From sequence record ON392163.1: a DNA stretch of 32,000 bases. One strand, written 5' to 3'. Positions 9,804 through 17,302 of the stretch are shown one piece after another. Position numbers and translations under genes: made by a program. Source of the DNA: Microbacterium phage Endor. Numbering within the stretch: position 1 is the stretch's first letter; each line of letters begins with the position of its first letter. The notes under the pieces were generated by a model. That model was given only the letters and a program-made list of their open reading frames with translations. It was not told the DNA's origin and did no database searches.

Positions 9804-10145
9804 ATGGACATCGCCATCACGCTCGCATCCATCCCGGCCATCATCGCCGTCGTCACGCTCGCCAAGGACCTCGGTCTGCGCAGCACGTTCGCCCCGCTTC
9901 TCGCGATCCTGTTGGGTGTGGCCTTCGCCATCTTCGACCTGTTCGCGGGTGCAGGCGTCCTGAGCACCCAGAGCGTCCTCGGAGCCATCTCCCTGGGCGT
10001 CATCCTGGGCCTCTCGGCGTCCGGCCTGTACGACGGTGCCAGGGCCATCGGCAGCAAGGCTCCTGCGGCGACCGTCGTCGTGGAAGAAGATCCGGCAAGC
10101 AAGCCGGTCACCCGGTCCTCGAGCGACACGCTCGACGGACTCTGA
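9804..10145 (+). CDS. Second holin-like membrane protein
   Basis: 113 aa with several hydrophobic segments (ITLASIPAIIAVVTLA, FAPLLAILLGVAFAIFDLF, LGAISLGVILGLSASGLY) in the lysis cassette. Confidence 0.6.
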   Translation: MDIAITLASIPAIIAVVTLAKDLGLRSTFAPLLAILLGVAFAIFDLFAGAGVLSTQSVLGAISLGVILGLSASGLYDGARAIGSKAPAATVVVEEDPASKPVTRSSSDTLDGL

Positions 10146-10163
10146 ACAAGGAAGGGTCAGCAC

Positions 10164-10577
10164 ATGACTCGTGTCGTCGAACAGCCGTCCGGCTCCCACA
10201 ACATGGGACAGAGCTTCGGAGCGTGCTCCTCGGCTCCGTACCTCTGGACCAAGGTGCGTTACGCGCACTACGGCACCAACATCCTGTTCCGTCCGCGGAG
10301 CATCGTCATCGGCAACCCGGAGCTGTCCTGGTGGCGTGCGGAGTTCCGCCTCGGCCTCACCAACACGGCCGGAACCGAGTACGCAGCGGCGACCTCGTAC
10401 AAGTACTGGGGCCAGCTCCCCGGCTTCACGCAGGTCACCGGAGCGTGGTACCTCGGCGGGTTCCGTCTCCGCACGCAGGTGCCGTCGATCCTGAAGAACT
10501 CCGCTGGCGAGATCCACTCCTGCCAGTGGGGCACGTTCATCATCGACCTGAGCTACGACATGGCGCACGCGTCCTGA
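10164..10577 (+). CDS. Hypothetical protein, 137 aa, last gene of the rightward operon
   Basis: ORF with AAGGAAGGG upstream; followed by a strong hairpin. Confidence 0.65.
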   Translation: MTRVVEQPSGSHNMGQSFGACSSAPYLWTKVRYAHYGTNILFRPRSIVIGNPELSWWRAEFRLGLTNTAGTEYAAATSYKYWGQLPGFTQVTGAWYLGGFRLRTQVPSILKNSAGEIHSCQWGTFIIDLSYDMAHAS

Positions 10578-10589
10578 CGTAGACAAGAG

Positions 10590-10623
10590 GAGGACCCCCG
10601 GCCTGGTGTGGCTGGGGGTCCTC
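10590..10623 (+). terminator. Terminator-like hairpin between converging gene blocks
   Basis: GAGGACCCCCGGCC-TGGTGT-GGCTGGGGGTCCTC, 14 bp stem (one G-U pair), 6 nt loop. No clear U tract. Confidence 0.75.
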
Positions 10624-10636
10624 TGCTGTGTGGGGG

Positions 10637-10828
10637 TCAGTGCTGCTTGACCGGGAAGGTCTCGTCCAGCTGAACCACGGCCACACCCAGGTCGGTCTCG
10701 AGACGGCCGCGAAGGTGGTCGACCCGACGGACCCGGATGACCGTGGCCTCGTTGCCCTCGGGGTCGATGATCTGGTCGCCGTGGTCGAGGTTCTCGGCCT
10801 TGACCTGACGGTAGGTTCCAGTTGCCAT
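10637..10828 (-). CDS. Hypothetical protein, 63 aa
   Basis: Start preceded by AAGGAG and a promoter-family member at 10868-10896. Confidence 0.65.
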   Translation of the reverse strand: MATGTYRQVKAENLDHGDQIIDPEGNEATVIRVRRVDHLRGRLETDLGVAVVQLDETFPVKQH

Positions 10829-10867
10829 GATGCTCTCCTTGTGGTGAGTGGTGTGTTGGTAGTTAGA

Positions 10868-10896
10868 AGTTTACCTGAAGTGCCTGCGGATCACAA
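10868..10896 (-). promoter_or_regulatory. Phage promoter-family member (leadered)
   Basis: TTGTGA-17-TAAACT, upstream of the 10828 gene. Confidence 0.6.
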
Positions 10897-11017
10897 GCTG
10901 TGCGAGACCTGGATCTCGACGTAGTCGAACTCGTCGTTGATGCCGTGGGGGTGCTGCTCGGCTGATGTGACCGACGACGAAGGCCTCGCCCTTGCTGTAC
11001 CCGATGATGATGTGCAT
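10871..11017 (-). CDS. Small ORF (48 aa as read) whose 3' part looks coded in the +1 frame
   Basis: ATG sits 6 nt from the -10 at 11024-11029; first half is GC3-rich in frame 1, second half in the +1 frame (EQHPHGINDEFDYVEIQVSHSL, stop 10891-10893). Confidence 0.4.
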   Translation of the reverse strand: MHIIIGYSKGEAFVVGHISRAAPPRHQRRVRLRRDPGLAQLVIRRHFR

Positions 11018-11023
11018 GAGTAG

Positions 11024-11052
11024 ATTATTGCTCATCATCACCGGGTACGCAA
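11024..11052 (-). promoter_or_regulatory. Phage promoter-family member (leaderless type)
   Basis: TTGCGT-17-AATAAT, 6 nt before the ATG at 11017. Confidence 0.65.
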
Positions 11053-11055
11053 GCC

Positions 11056-11958
11056 TCAGATCCAGGCTCCCTTGGTGGGACGCTTGCCGAAGGCGAAGGA
11101 CTCGTCGTCACGGCTACGCTCGAGGGCTGCGTCGAACTGGATGCGGCGACCCTTGACACCGTTCTCGGCGGCAACCTCGTCGGCACCCATGAACCAGACA
11201 GCGTAGCCGAAGTTCCGGTAGGTGTCCTCGTGAGCCGCGAACCACTCGTCGTAAGCCTGGTCAGCCTGCTGCTTGGGGATGCTGACGTAGACGCGGAAAC
11301 CCCGGTCGTCCTTGACCGTGATCTTGTAGGCCGTGCCGTAGTCGCCCTCGACGACCTTGGTGCCCACGATCTCGCCGGTGACCGTCACGCGGCCCTCAGG
11401 AGCAGCAACCGATGCCGCCTTGAGTGTGGCCCGCTTCTCCATCTCGCGGCGAACCGCTGCGATCATGTTGGGGGTGAAGTCCTTGCTGGGAGCGACCCAG
11501 CGGAGCGTCTCGGCCATCGTGCGGATGAAGCCGTTGCGCTCCAGGCGAACCTGCGTAGCCTGAGCCGCCCACTCCTCGTAGGTGTCGAAGTCCTTCTGGG
11601 TGTCGTCCTCGATGACGATGCCCATCAGGAACTCGAAGACCTCGGGGTCAGCAGCCTTGAGAGCCTCGCGGCGAGCCTCAGCAGCAGCGACCTTGGCTGC
11701 GTGCTCCCGCTCGCGCTTACGGTCGGCCTGTGCCTTGCGGACAGCGCGCTCGTGGCACCACTTCTTCGCAGCGGCCTCGTTCTCGAAGATGTCGCCGATG
11801 CGACCCTCGTAGGTGTTGCCGCAGAGGTAGCAGATGCTGTCGAAGCCGTTGAACGAGTAGTGGCCGGTGCCACCGCAGCGACGGCAACCCTTCGCGAAGA
11901 TGTCGCCAGCCTGGATGTAGTAGAAGCCCTCGTGCTCGAGGGTGGTGATGTTTGCCAT
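11056..11958 (-). CDS. Hypothetical zinc-ribbon protein, 300 aa
   Basis: CRRCGGTGHYSFNGFDSICYLCG has two CxxC pairs; possible OB-like segment RVTVTGEIVGTKVVEGDYGTAYKITVKD. Confidence 0.75.
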   Translation of the reverse strand: MANITTLEHEGFYYIQAGDIFAKGCRRCGGTGHYSFNGFDSICYLCGNTYEGRIGDIFENEAAAKKWCHERAVRKAQADRKREREHAAKVAAAEARREALKAADPEVFEFLMGIVIEDDTQKDFDTYEEWAAQATQVRLERNGFIRTMAETLRWVAPSKDFTPNMIAAVRREMEKRATLKAASVAAPEGRVTVTGEIVGTKVVEGDYGTAYKITVKDDRGFRVYVSIPKQQADQAYDEWFAAHEDTYRNFGYAVWFMGADEVAAENGVKGRRIQFDAALERSRDDESFAFGKRPTKGAWI

Positions 11959-11964
11959 GTGAAG

Positions 11965-11994
11965 AGTTTAGCACGGACCTTGAGGGTTCCGCAA
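11965..11994 (-). promoter_or_regulatory. Phage promoter-family member (leaderless type)
   Basis: TTGCGG-18-TAAACT with TGC upstream of the -10 (extended), 6 nt before ATG at 11958. Confidence 0.7.
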
Positions 11995-12002
11995 ACCTTT
12001 CC

Positions 12003-12344
12003 TCAACATTCCACGTCGGCAGGCTGAACCAGGACGCAGTCATGCTTCGCAGGGTCGTAGTACTCTACTCCCTCGGGGAGCACAGGGCCGACCTCTCCGC
12101 CGATGGCGAGGTAGTCGTTCGGGCAACCCTCAGTCCCGTAGCACCGGAAGCCCTCGGGGTAGATGAGCCACGTGGAGTCCGGGTACTGCTGGGCGAGCTC
12201 AGGGAGTTCGGGCGTCCCGTGGACATCGGGATCGGATGCTGCTGCTGCCAGGACATTGCCCGAGTAGATGACGAGGTACGCCACCAGAGCGACGAGGAGG
12301 AGCAGGCTGAGAGCCAGGGTAGTGACGATGGTACGAATGCGCAT
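12003..12344 (-). CDS. Hypothetical secreted or membrane-anchored protein with four Cys
   Basis: N-terminal hydrophobic segment TLALSLLLLVALVAYLVIY followed by a soluble domain. Confidence 0.6.
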   Translation of the reverse strand: MRIRTIVTTLALSLLLLVALVAYLVIYSGNVLAAAASDPDVHGTPELPELAQQYPDSTWLIYPEGFRCYGTEGCPNDYLAIGGEVGPVLPEGVEYYDPAKHDCVLVQPADVEC

Positions 12345-12353
12345 GATGTTTCC

Positions 12354-12596
12354 TTACTCGATGAAGTTGCCATAGTTGGGGTCCTGGAAGTTTCCAGTGC
12401 TGGGACCTGCACCCTGCAGGAAGACGAGGAACATCCACCAGACGAACTGACCGATGAACCAGAGAGCCACACCGACGACGCCGAGACCGGCGACCACCAT
12501 GAGGACCCCTACGAAGAAGGCGACGACACCCGAGCGGACGCGCTCAGGCGTGCTGGGTGCCTCGTCTACCTCGACGAGTTCGTCGAACTGGTTCAT
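12354..12596 (-). CDS. Small membrane protein, 80 aa
   Basis: Two hydrophobic segments; overlaps the next gene by 4 nt. Confidence 0.6.
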   Translation of the reverse strand: MNQFDELVEVDEAPSTPERVRSGVVAFFVGVLMVVAGLGVVGVALWFIGQFVWWMFLVFLQGAGPSTGNFQDPNYGNFIE

Positions 12597-14290
12597 GTCT
12601 CTACCTCTTCAGGGTCCGGCCTGCGAATGATCTTCAACTGGGTGTTGAGGTAATGCAGGTCGTTGCCCATTTTAGTCTGCACTCCCAGCCTGAGCAACTG
12701 TGAGTCTTCCTCAGGCGGGGCGAGGTTCATGATGAAGTCGCTCCAGCCGTGGAGAGCCGTACTGCCCAGGATCATCTCCTGGATCGACTCGCCCTTCTCA
12801 AAGACGCGCTTACGGGTGTGGTGGATGAACATCACCGCGCACCCGGTCTCCTTGGCGATGATCTTGAGGTCCTTGAGGATGCTGTACATGTCGGTGCTGC
12901 TGCTGACCTCTGCCTTGCCGATGGACATGGAGAGGGTGTCCAGAATGACGATCTTGAGACCGTACGCCTCGATGGTCTCGTACAGTCTCTGCTTGTCGTT
13001 GCCGTCCGACAGGTCGATGGGGTCGAAGCGGGTCAGCAGGGCCAGAGGCTTCGGCGGTTCCCAGGTCATGTGGCCTGCCTTGTCGACCCGGATGCGACCG
13101 TCCCAGTGGAACCCCTCGCGACCACGGGTGCGGTTGATGCCGTCGTTGAGCCGGGAGGAGAACAGGTACTCGCCGTCCTCGAGGGAGAAGAAGCCGACCG
13201 GCTGAGGCTTGGCCACACTGACGCCGAGAGGCTTACGGCCGGAGGCCAGACCCAGGGCCAGCTCCATTGCGACACGGGTCTTGCCGACCTTCGGGGGAGC
13301 CACCAGGAGTCCGCAGCCACCCTCGGGGATGATGCCCTTGACGAGCCACGGCATCGGCTTGCGGATGATGGGTCCGAAGTCCTCGACCTTCGCCATCTCC
13401 CAGGCACCGACCGACTCCTCCGTGACCTCCTGGTCCTCGATGGGGTTGGAGGTCTTGGCAGGCTTCTCCGGCTTGGAGGGCTGAGCGTCGTATGCCCGCT
13501 GGATGTCGTCCTTGAGCCGGTCGGGGTCGTCCTTCCACTTGTTCCAGTCGGTCGCCTTGATCAGCTTGAAGGTGAGAGCCTGGTCCAGTCCCAGCTCTGC
13601 TGCCTGCCGAGCGAACTTCCAGAGCAGGTTGCTGCGGTCGCCGTACCCGTCAGGGGTCGCCAGAGCCGCTGCTGTCGCCGCAGGGAAGCCCAGGCCGCTG
13701 GCTACCTTACGCAACAGCACAGCGCGCGGGTAAACGGTCCCCTGGGACGGCAGGAGACGCCCGTGGAACGGCTTGCGCTTGTGGTGCCAGGACCCAGGCA
13801 CCCGCAGCAGCTGACCGATGTCGACGCCACTCTTGTCGCCGCCGAGAGCGTGGGCCAGCAGACCCATGAACCCGTCACGGTGGAACTCGCTGGGGGAGAA
13901 GCTCTCCTTCATCAGCCAGATCGCCTGCTTGTGGCCGGGTGACGTTTCCCAGATGTACGACGGCTTCAGCGCCATCAGCATCTTGTCGTCGTACGAGTCG
14001 TCGCAGTCGACCCAGAGCACCCGCTGAGCAGGGTACTGCTGGAACGTGCCTTCCTCGTCCTTGCGCTTGATCTTGCGGTCCGTGCCGTTGCTGACGGCAG
14101 GGGTCCAGTACCAGTCGTCCGCCTCAGTGAGCGCGGGCAGGGACGGCTGACGGCTGTCGAGGTACGGACCCTCGCGGAAGCGCTCCTTGCCCTTGACACC
14201 GATGTCGCTGATGTGTGGCATCCACACGTTACCGCGCACGCCTGCGTGACGCCATACCTTGAGGACTACTCCGAGAGACTGCTTATCCAC
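12593..14290 (-). CDS. Primase (AEP/RepB-like) plus RepA-like AAA ATPase/helicase fusion
   Basis: N-terminal VLWVDCDD and SPGHKQAIWLM fit the primase-like domain; C-terminal APPKVGKTRVAMELALGLASG (Walker A), IVILDTLSMSIG-type Walker B, VMFIHHTRK. Exact start uncertain. Confidence 0.75.
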   Translation of the reverse strand: MDKQSLGVVLKVWRHAGVRGNVWMPHISDIGVKGKERFREGPYLDSRQPSLPALTEADDWYWTPAVSNGTDRKIKRKDEEGTFQQYPAQRVLWVDCDDSYDDKMLMALKPSYIWETSPGHKQAIWLMKESFSPSEFHRDGFMGLLAHALGGDKSGVDIGQLLRVPGSWHHKRKPFHGRLLPSQGTVYPRAVLLRKVASGLGFPAATAAALATPDGYGDRSNLLWKFARQAAELGLDQALTFKLIKATDWNKWKDDPDRLKDDIQRAYDAQPSKPEKPAKTSNPIEDQEVTEESVGAWEMAKVEDFGPIIRKPMPWLVKGIIPEGGCGLLVAPPKVGKTRVAMELALGLASGRKPLGVSVAKPQPVGFFSLEDGEYLFSSRLNDGINRTRGREGFHWDGRIRVDKAGHMTWEPPKPLALLTRFDPIDLSDGNDKQRLYETIEAYGLKIVILDTLSMSIGKAEVSSSTDMYSILKDLKIIAKETGCAVMFIHHTRKRVFEKGESIQEMILGSTALHGWSDFIMNLAPPEEDSQLLRLGVQTKMGNDLHYLNTQLKIIRRPDPEEVET

Positions 14291-14559
14291 TCTACTACTT
14301 CCCGAACGTTTGGATCATGACTGGTGAAGGTCTTCCCTCCAGCTTGCCTGAACTTCTTCAGGTTGTACTGCTGTGCCTTCGAGGGCTTCTCACGAGCCGA
14401 CTTCTTCGCCTCGATTGCGAAGAACCTGCCGTGCGCGCTACCTAGAACATCGGGGGTCCCTTTCTGCTGAAAGGAACCCCCGTGAGTTCTGAGGCAGTAG
14501 ACACCCGGGATGGAGTTGAGTACCCCCATCATCTTCCGGACGATGTCTGCCTCATCCAC
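14266..14559 (-). CDS. VRR-NUC-like nuclease
   Basis: GTPDVLGSAHGRFFAIEAKKSA matches the PD-(D/E)xK pattern of VRR-NUC proteins; 97 aa. Confidence 0.75.
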   Translation of the reverse strand: MDEADIVRKMMGVLNSIPGVYCLRTHGGSFQQKGTPDVLGSAHGRFFAIEAKKSAREKPSKAQQYNLKKFRQAGGKTFTSHDPNVREVVEWISSLSE

Positions 14560-14562
14560 GTC

Positions 14563-15417
14563 TTAGCGACGCTTGACGGTGCGGCGAGCCGGTGCTGCTG
14601 CTGCTGCGGGCTTGCGAGCGGGTGCCTTGGCGGCAGGCTTCTTGGCCGGAGCGGAGGCGCGGCGACGGGGAGCGGGAGCTTCCTCCTCTTCCTCATCCTC
14701 CTCGTCCTCTTCCTCGTCCTCGTCGTCGAACTCGTCCTCGTCCTCTTCGAGCTCGTCGTCGCCGAGGTCGTCCTCATCCTCGTCGTCTTCGTCCTCCTCG
14801 TCCTCCTCTTCGCCCTCGAGGATCTCCAGGAGTTCCGCCTTCTTCAGACCGGTCGGGTCCTCGCCGAGGTCCTTGACGGCCTTGCGGAGCTGGGGCAGGG
14901 TGTAGGTCGAGTAGTCGACCTCCTCCTCGTCCTCGTACTCCTCGTCGGCCTCCTCGTCCTCGGCCCACTCGCCCTCGTCGTCCTCGTCGTCGTCTCCGGC
15001 CACACCGACGTTGTCGTCACCGACCAGGCTCAGGTCGTAGATGCCGTTGACCTCCGAGCGGCCCTCGTACTGGCCGACCGCGTCGGTGATCTCCACGGCG
15101 ACGAGCTTGCCGATGGGCTTCTCCGGGTCGATGGTCGAGACCTTCTTGGGGACCGGGATGCCCGCAGCCACGAAGAGGTCACGGATCTTGAAGAGCTGGT
15201 TGTCCTGGTGCTTGCAGTACCAGGGGAAGCGACGCGTCTTGTAGCGCGGGTCGGTGGGGACCAGGGCATAGGTCCACATGTCCGTGCCGTCGTTCGCCTC
15301 CTTGTCGTCGACCGCGACGACCTTCATCTCGTAGAGGCCCTCCGGGATGTGCTTGGTGTTCCAGCCGGAGCGCTCCTCGACCTTGGAGAAGTCGAGCTTC
15401 ATCTTCTTGAGTGCCAC
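14563..15417 (-). CDS. DUF669-like, putative ssDNA-binding protein with acidic and basic tail
   Basis: N-terminal IPEGLYEMKVV...; about 90 aa D/E tract followed by APAKKPAAKAPARKP; located next to the Sak4-like gene. Confidence 0.65.
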   Translation of the reverse strand: MALKKMKLDFSKVEERSGWNTKHIPEGLYEMKVVAVDDKEANDGTDMWTYALVPTDPRYKTRRFPWYCKHQDNQLFKIRDLFVAAGIPVPKKVSTIDPEKPIGKLVAVEITDAVGQYEGRSEVNGIYDLSLVGDDNVGVAGDDDEDDEGEWAEDEEADEEYEDEEEVDYSTYTLPQLRKAVKDLGEDPTGLKKAELLEILEGEEEDEEDEDDEDEDDLGDDELEEDEDEFDDEDEEEDEEDEEEEEAPAPRRRASAPAKKPAAKAPARKPAAAAAPARRTVKRR

Positions 15418-15449
15418 GATAGTGCTTCTTTCTTCTTGGGGTTTCTCGA

Positions 15450-16118
15450 CTAGCGGGTCCAGCCGAGAAGCTGGTTGAGGCGAGCCGGGGTCGGCTGCTT
15501 CAGGTAGGGAGGGTTGCCCTTGTAGATCTTGCTGCGGGCACCCGCCACGATGGAGGACGACGGCCCGAGCCAGAGGCGGCGAACAGGCTTGTCGTTGACG
15601 TTGGCGATGTACAGACGGCCGATGGCGTCCGACATCTGCATGAGGATGGAGTAGGGTCCGGGGGACAGGTCCGGGACCGTCATGGAGTTGACGTCTTCGT
15701 CGTCATCGTCCGACTGCCACTCCTCGTCCGGCCGCTGGAGCTTCTCCTGCACGATGACGTACACGTCCTTCTTCGAGTTGCGCAGGGTGCGCAGCAGGGC
15801 CGCGAAGGAGTTGTTGCAGATGCCCCGCTGGTTGAGCGAGACTGCCCCTCCGCCGCCGATCTCCAGGAGGAAGTCGTTGTACAGGGATGTGGCCGTGTCG
15901 ATGACGATGCGGTCGTGCTTCGCCAGGAACGGGGTCGAGAGGAACGTCTTGTTGAGGTTCTTCGTGCTGGTGTCCTCGACCACGGTGAACCCCGTGGTGT
16001 CGATCCCGATGAGGCCCTGGTCGGACGACAGGATCGCCGTCTTGCCCTTCGGGGCACCTGCCAGAGCGAACGTGGTCTTGCCGACCTTGGGTCGACCGTA
16101 GATGGTCTTGAGCGTCAC
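15450..16118 (-). CDS. Sak4/RecA-like P-loop ATPase
   Basis: IYGRPKVGKTTFALAGAPKGKTAILSSD Walker A near N-terminus, DRIVIDTATSLY Walker B; 222 aa. Confidence 0.8.
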   Translation of the reverse strand: MTLKTIYGRPKVGKTTFALAGAPKGKTAILSSDQGLIGIDTTGFTVVEDTSTKNLNKTFLSTPFLAKHDRIVIDTATSLYNDFLLEIGGGGAVSLNQRGICNNSFAALLRTLRNSKKDVYVIVQEKLQRPDEEWQSDDDDEDVNSMTVPDLSPGPYSILMQMSDAIGRLYIANVNDKPVRRLWLGPSSSIVAGARSKIYKGNPPYLKQPTPARLNQLLGWTR

Positions 16119-17302
16119 TTCTTCTTGCCCTTCTTCTGGTTCGGGTAGTAGTCGAGCGGATCACGCGTGGTCGTGTACCGCGTGCGCTGCTCGATCTCAC
16201 TGGTGCCGTGGATAAGGTCCGCGATTGTGAGGTCCTTGTAGTTGCACATGAACCCTGAGCAAGCGTGAAGGTTTCGCTCCACACAGTCGGGGTCGTCCCA
16301 CGTGTAGTTTAGCAGGCGTCTGGCGCTCGTGACAAATGCCTTGTGCTGCCTAGCCCGCTGCTCCGGAGAAAACTCCATACGATCCCGCCGGAACAGGTCG
16401 GTGTAGTCCCGCTGCTTGAGCGCGATGAGGAAGTCCTTGACGTACTCGCGCTCCTCCTCGTCCTCGATGGCGAGAAGCTCCTTGCCCCGGATCACCGTCA
16501 TCATGCCCTGCTCCTTGAGCCACTCCTTGAAGACAGGGAGGGTCGTGCCCGTGGGCTTCAGCACCCGGCTGATCTTGCCCTTGAGCGTCAGCGAGGGCAC
16601 ACTGATGGAGCCGGTCTTAGCGTAGTCGTAGATGAAGCCCTTCGGCTGAGGCAGAGGCTTGCCCTTCCACCGCAGCTTCTTGTACTCCGGAGCCGTCTCG
16701 CATGCCCAGAGGTACGAGTAGTGCTGGAAGGCCAGCTCGCGGTAACGCCACTCCGGGATCTGTGCGTGCGTCTTGTGATCGACGAGCCAGACATCCCCGT
16801 GTTCATCGATGACGACGAGGTCGATCCGGCCACGGTACAGCACCTTGCCGCCGAACATGGGACGCTCGACCGTGATCTCCGCCGCGATGGGGGTGAGGTT
16901 GTCCTTGGCGTACACGTACTCGTAGGAGGTCATGATCCGCCAGCACTCGCGCTCAAGGCCGACGACCTCCTCCTCGAACTGTTCCTTCTCGGACTTCTCC
17001 TTGATCTCTGCGTGCTTCTTCCGCCAGTCACGGCCGTTCGCGCGCTCCTCGAGCAGGGAGTGGACCCAGGTGCCACGGGTGAGAGGCTTCTTCTCCAGGC
17101 GCGGACGCAGTCCCAGGACGATCGAGTAGTAGACCTCCCGGTGACACTCGACGAAGCCGGACACCATGGACTGCGTGATGACGAGCTTGCCGTCGTCAGT
17201 CGTGGGCCACTTGCCCCGGAACTTCCGCAGCGGGCTGTCGGGCTTGAGACCTGTGCTCGGCAGTCGTGTGGCCTTGCCCTTAGAACTCGGCAAGCGCTTC
17301 AC
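16115..17302 (-). CDS. Cas4/RecB-like PD-(D/E)xK nuclease with putative Fe-S cluster
   Basis: GRIDLVVIDEHGDVWLVDHKT and QHYSYLWA (QxxxY-like) motifs; one N-terminal Cys (ECHREVYY) and three C-terminal Cys (CVERNLHACSGFMC). GTG at 17302 chosen; ORF is open to 17365. Confidence 0.75.
   Translation of the reverse strand: MKRLPSSKGKATRLPSTGLKPDSPLRKFRGKWPTTDDGKLVITQSMVSGFVECHREVYYSIVLGLRPRLEKKPLTRGTWVHSLLEERANGRDWRKKHAEIKEKSEKEQFEEEVVGLERECWRIMTSYEYVYAKDNLTPIAAEITVERPMFGGKVLYRGRIDLVVIDEHGDVWLVDHKTHAQIPEWRYRELAFQHYSYLWACETAPEYKKLRWKGKPLPQPKGFIYDYAKTGSISVPSLTLKGKISRVLKPTGTTLPVFKEWLKEQGMMTVIRGKELLAIEDEEEREYVKDFLIALKQRDYTDLFRRDRMEFSPEQRARQHKAFVTSARRLLNYTWDDPDCVERNLHACSGFMCNYKDLTIADLIHGTSEIEQRTRYTTTRDPLDYYPNQKKGKKK

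Noticed and set aside
14573-14905. Poly-Ser + strand ORF and repeated GTCCTC triplets
   Set aside because: Low-complexity antisense of the acidic tail, not an independent gene or microsatellite element.
14482-15453. Leu/Val-rich 323 aa + strand ORF suggesting a membrane protein
   Set aside because: Hydrophobic look results from reading the GAG/GAC acidic tract on the antisense strand.
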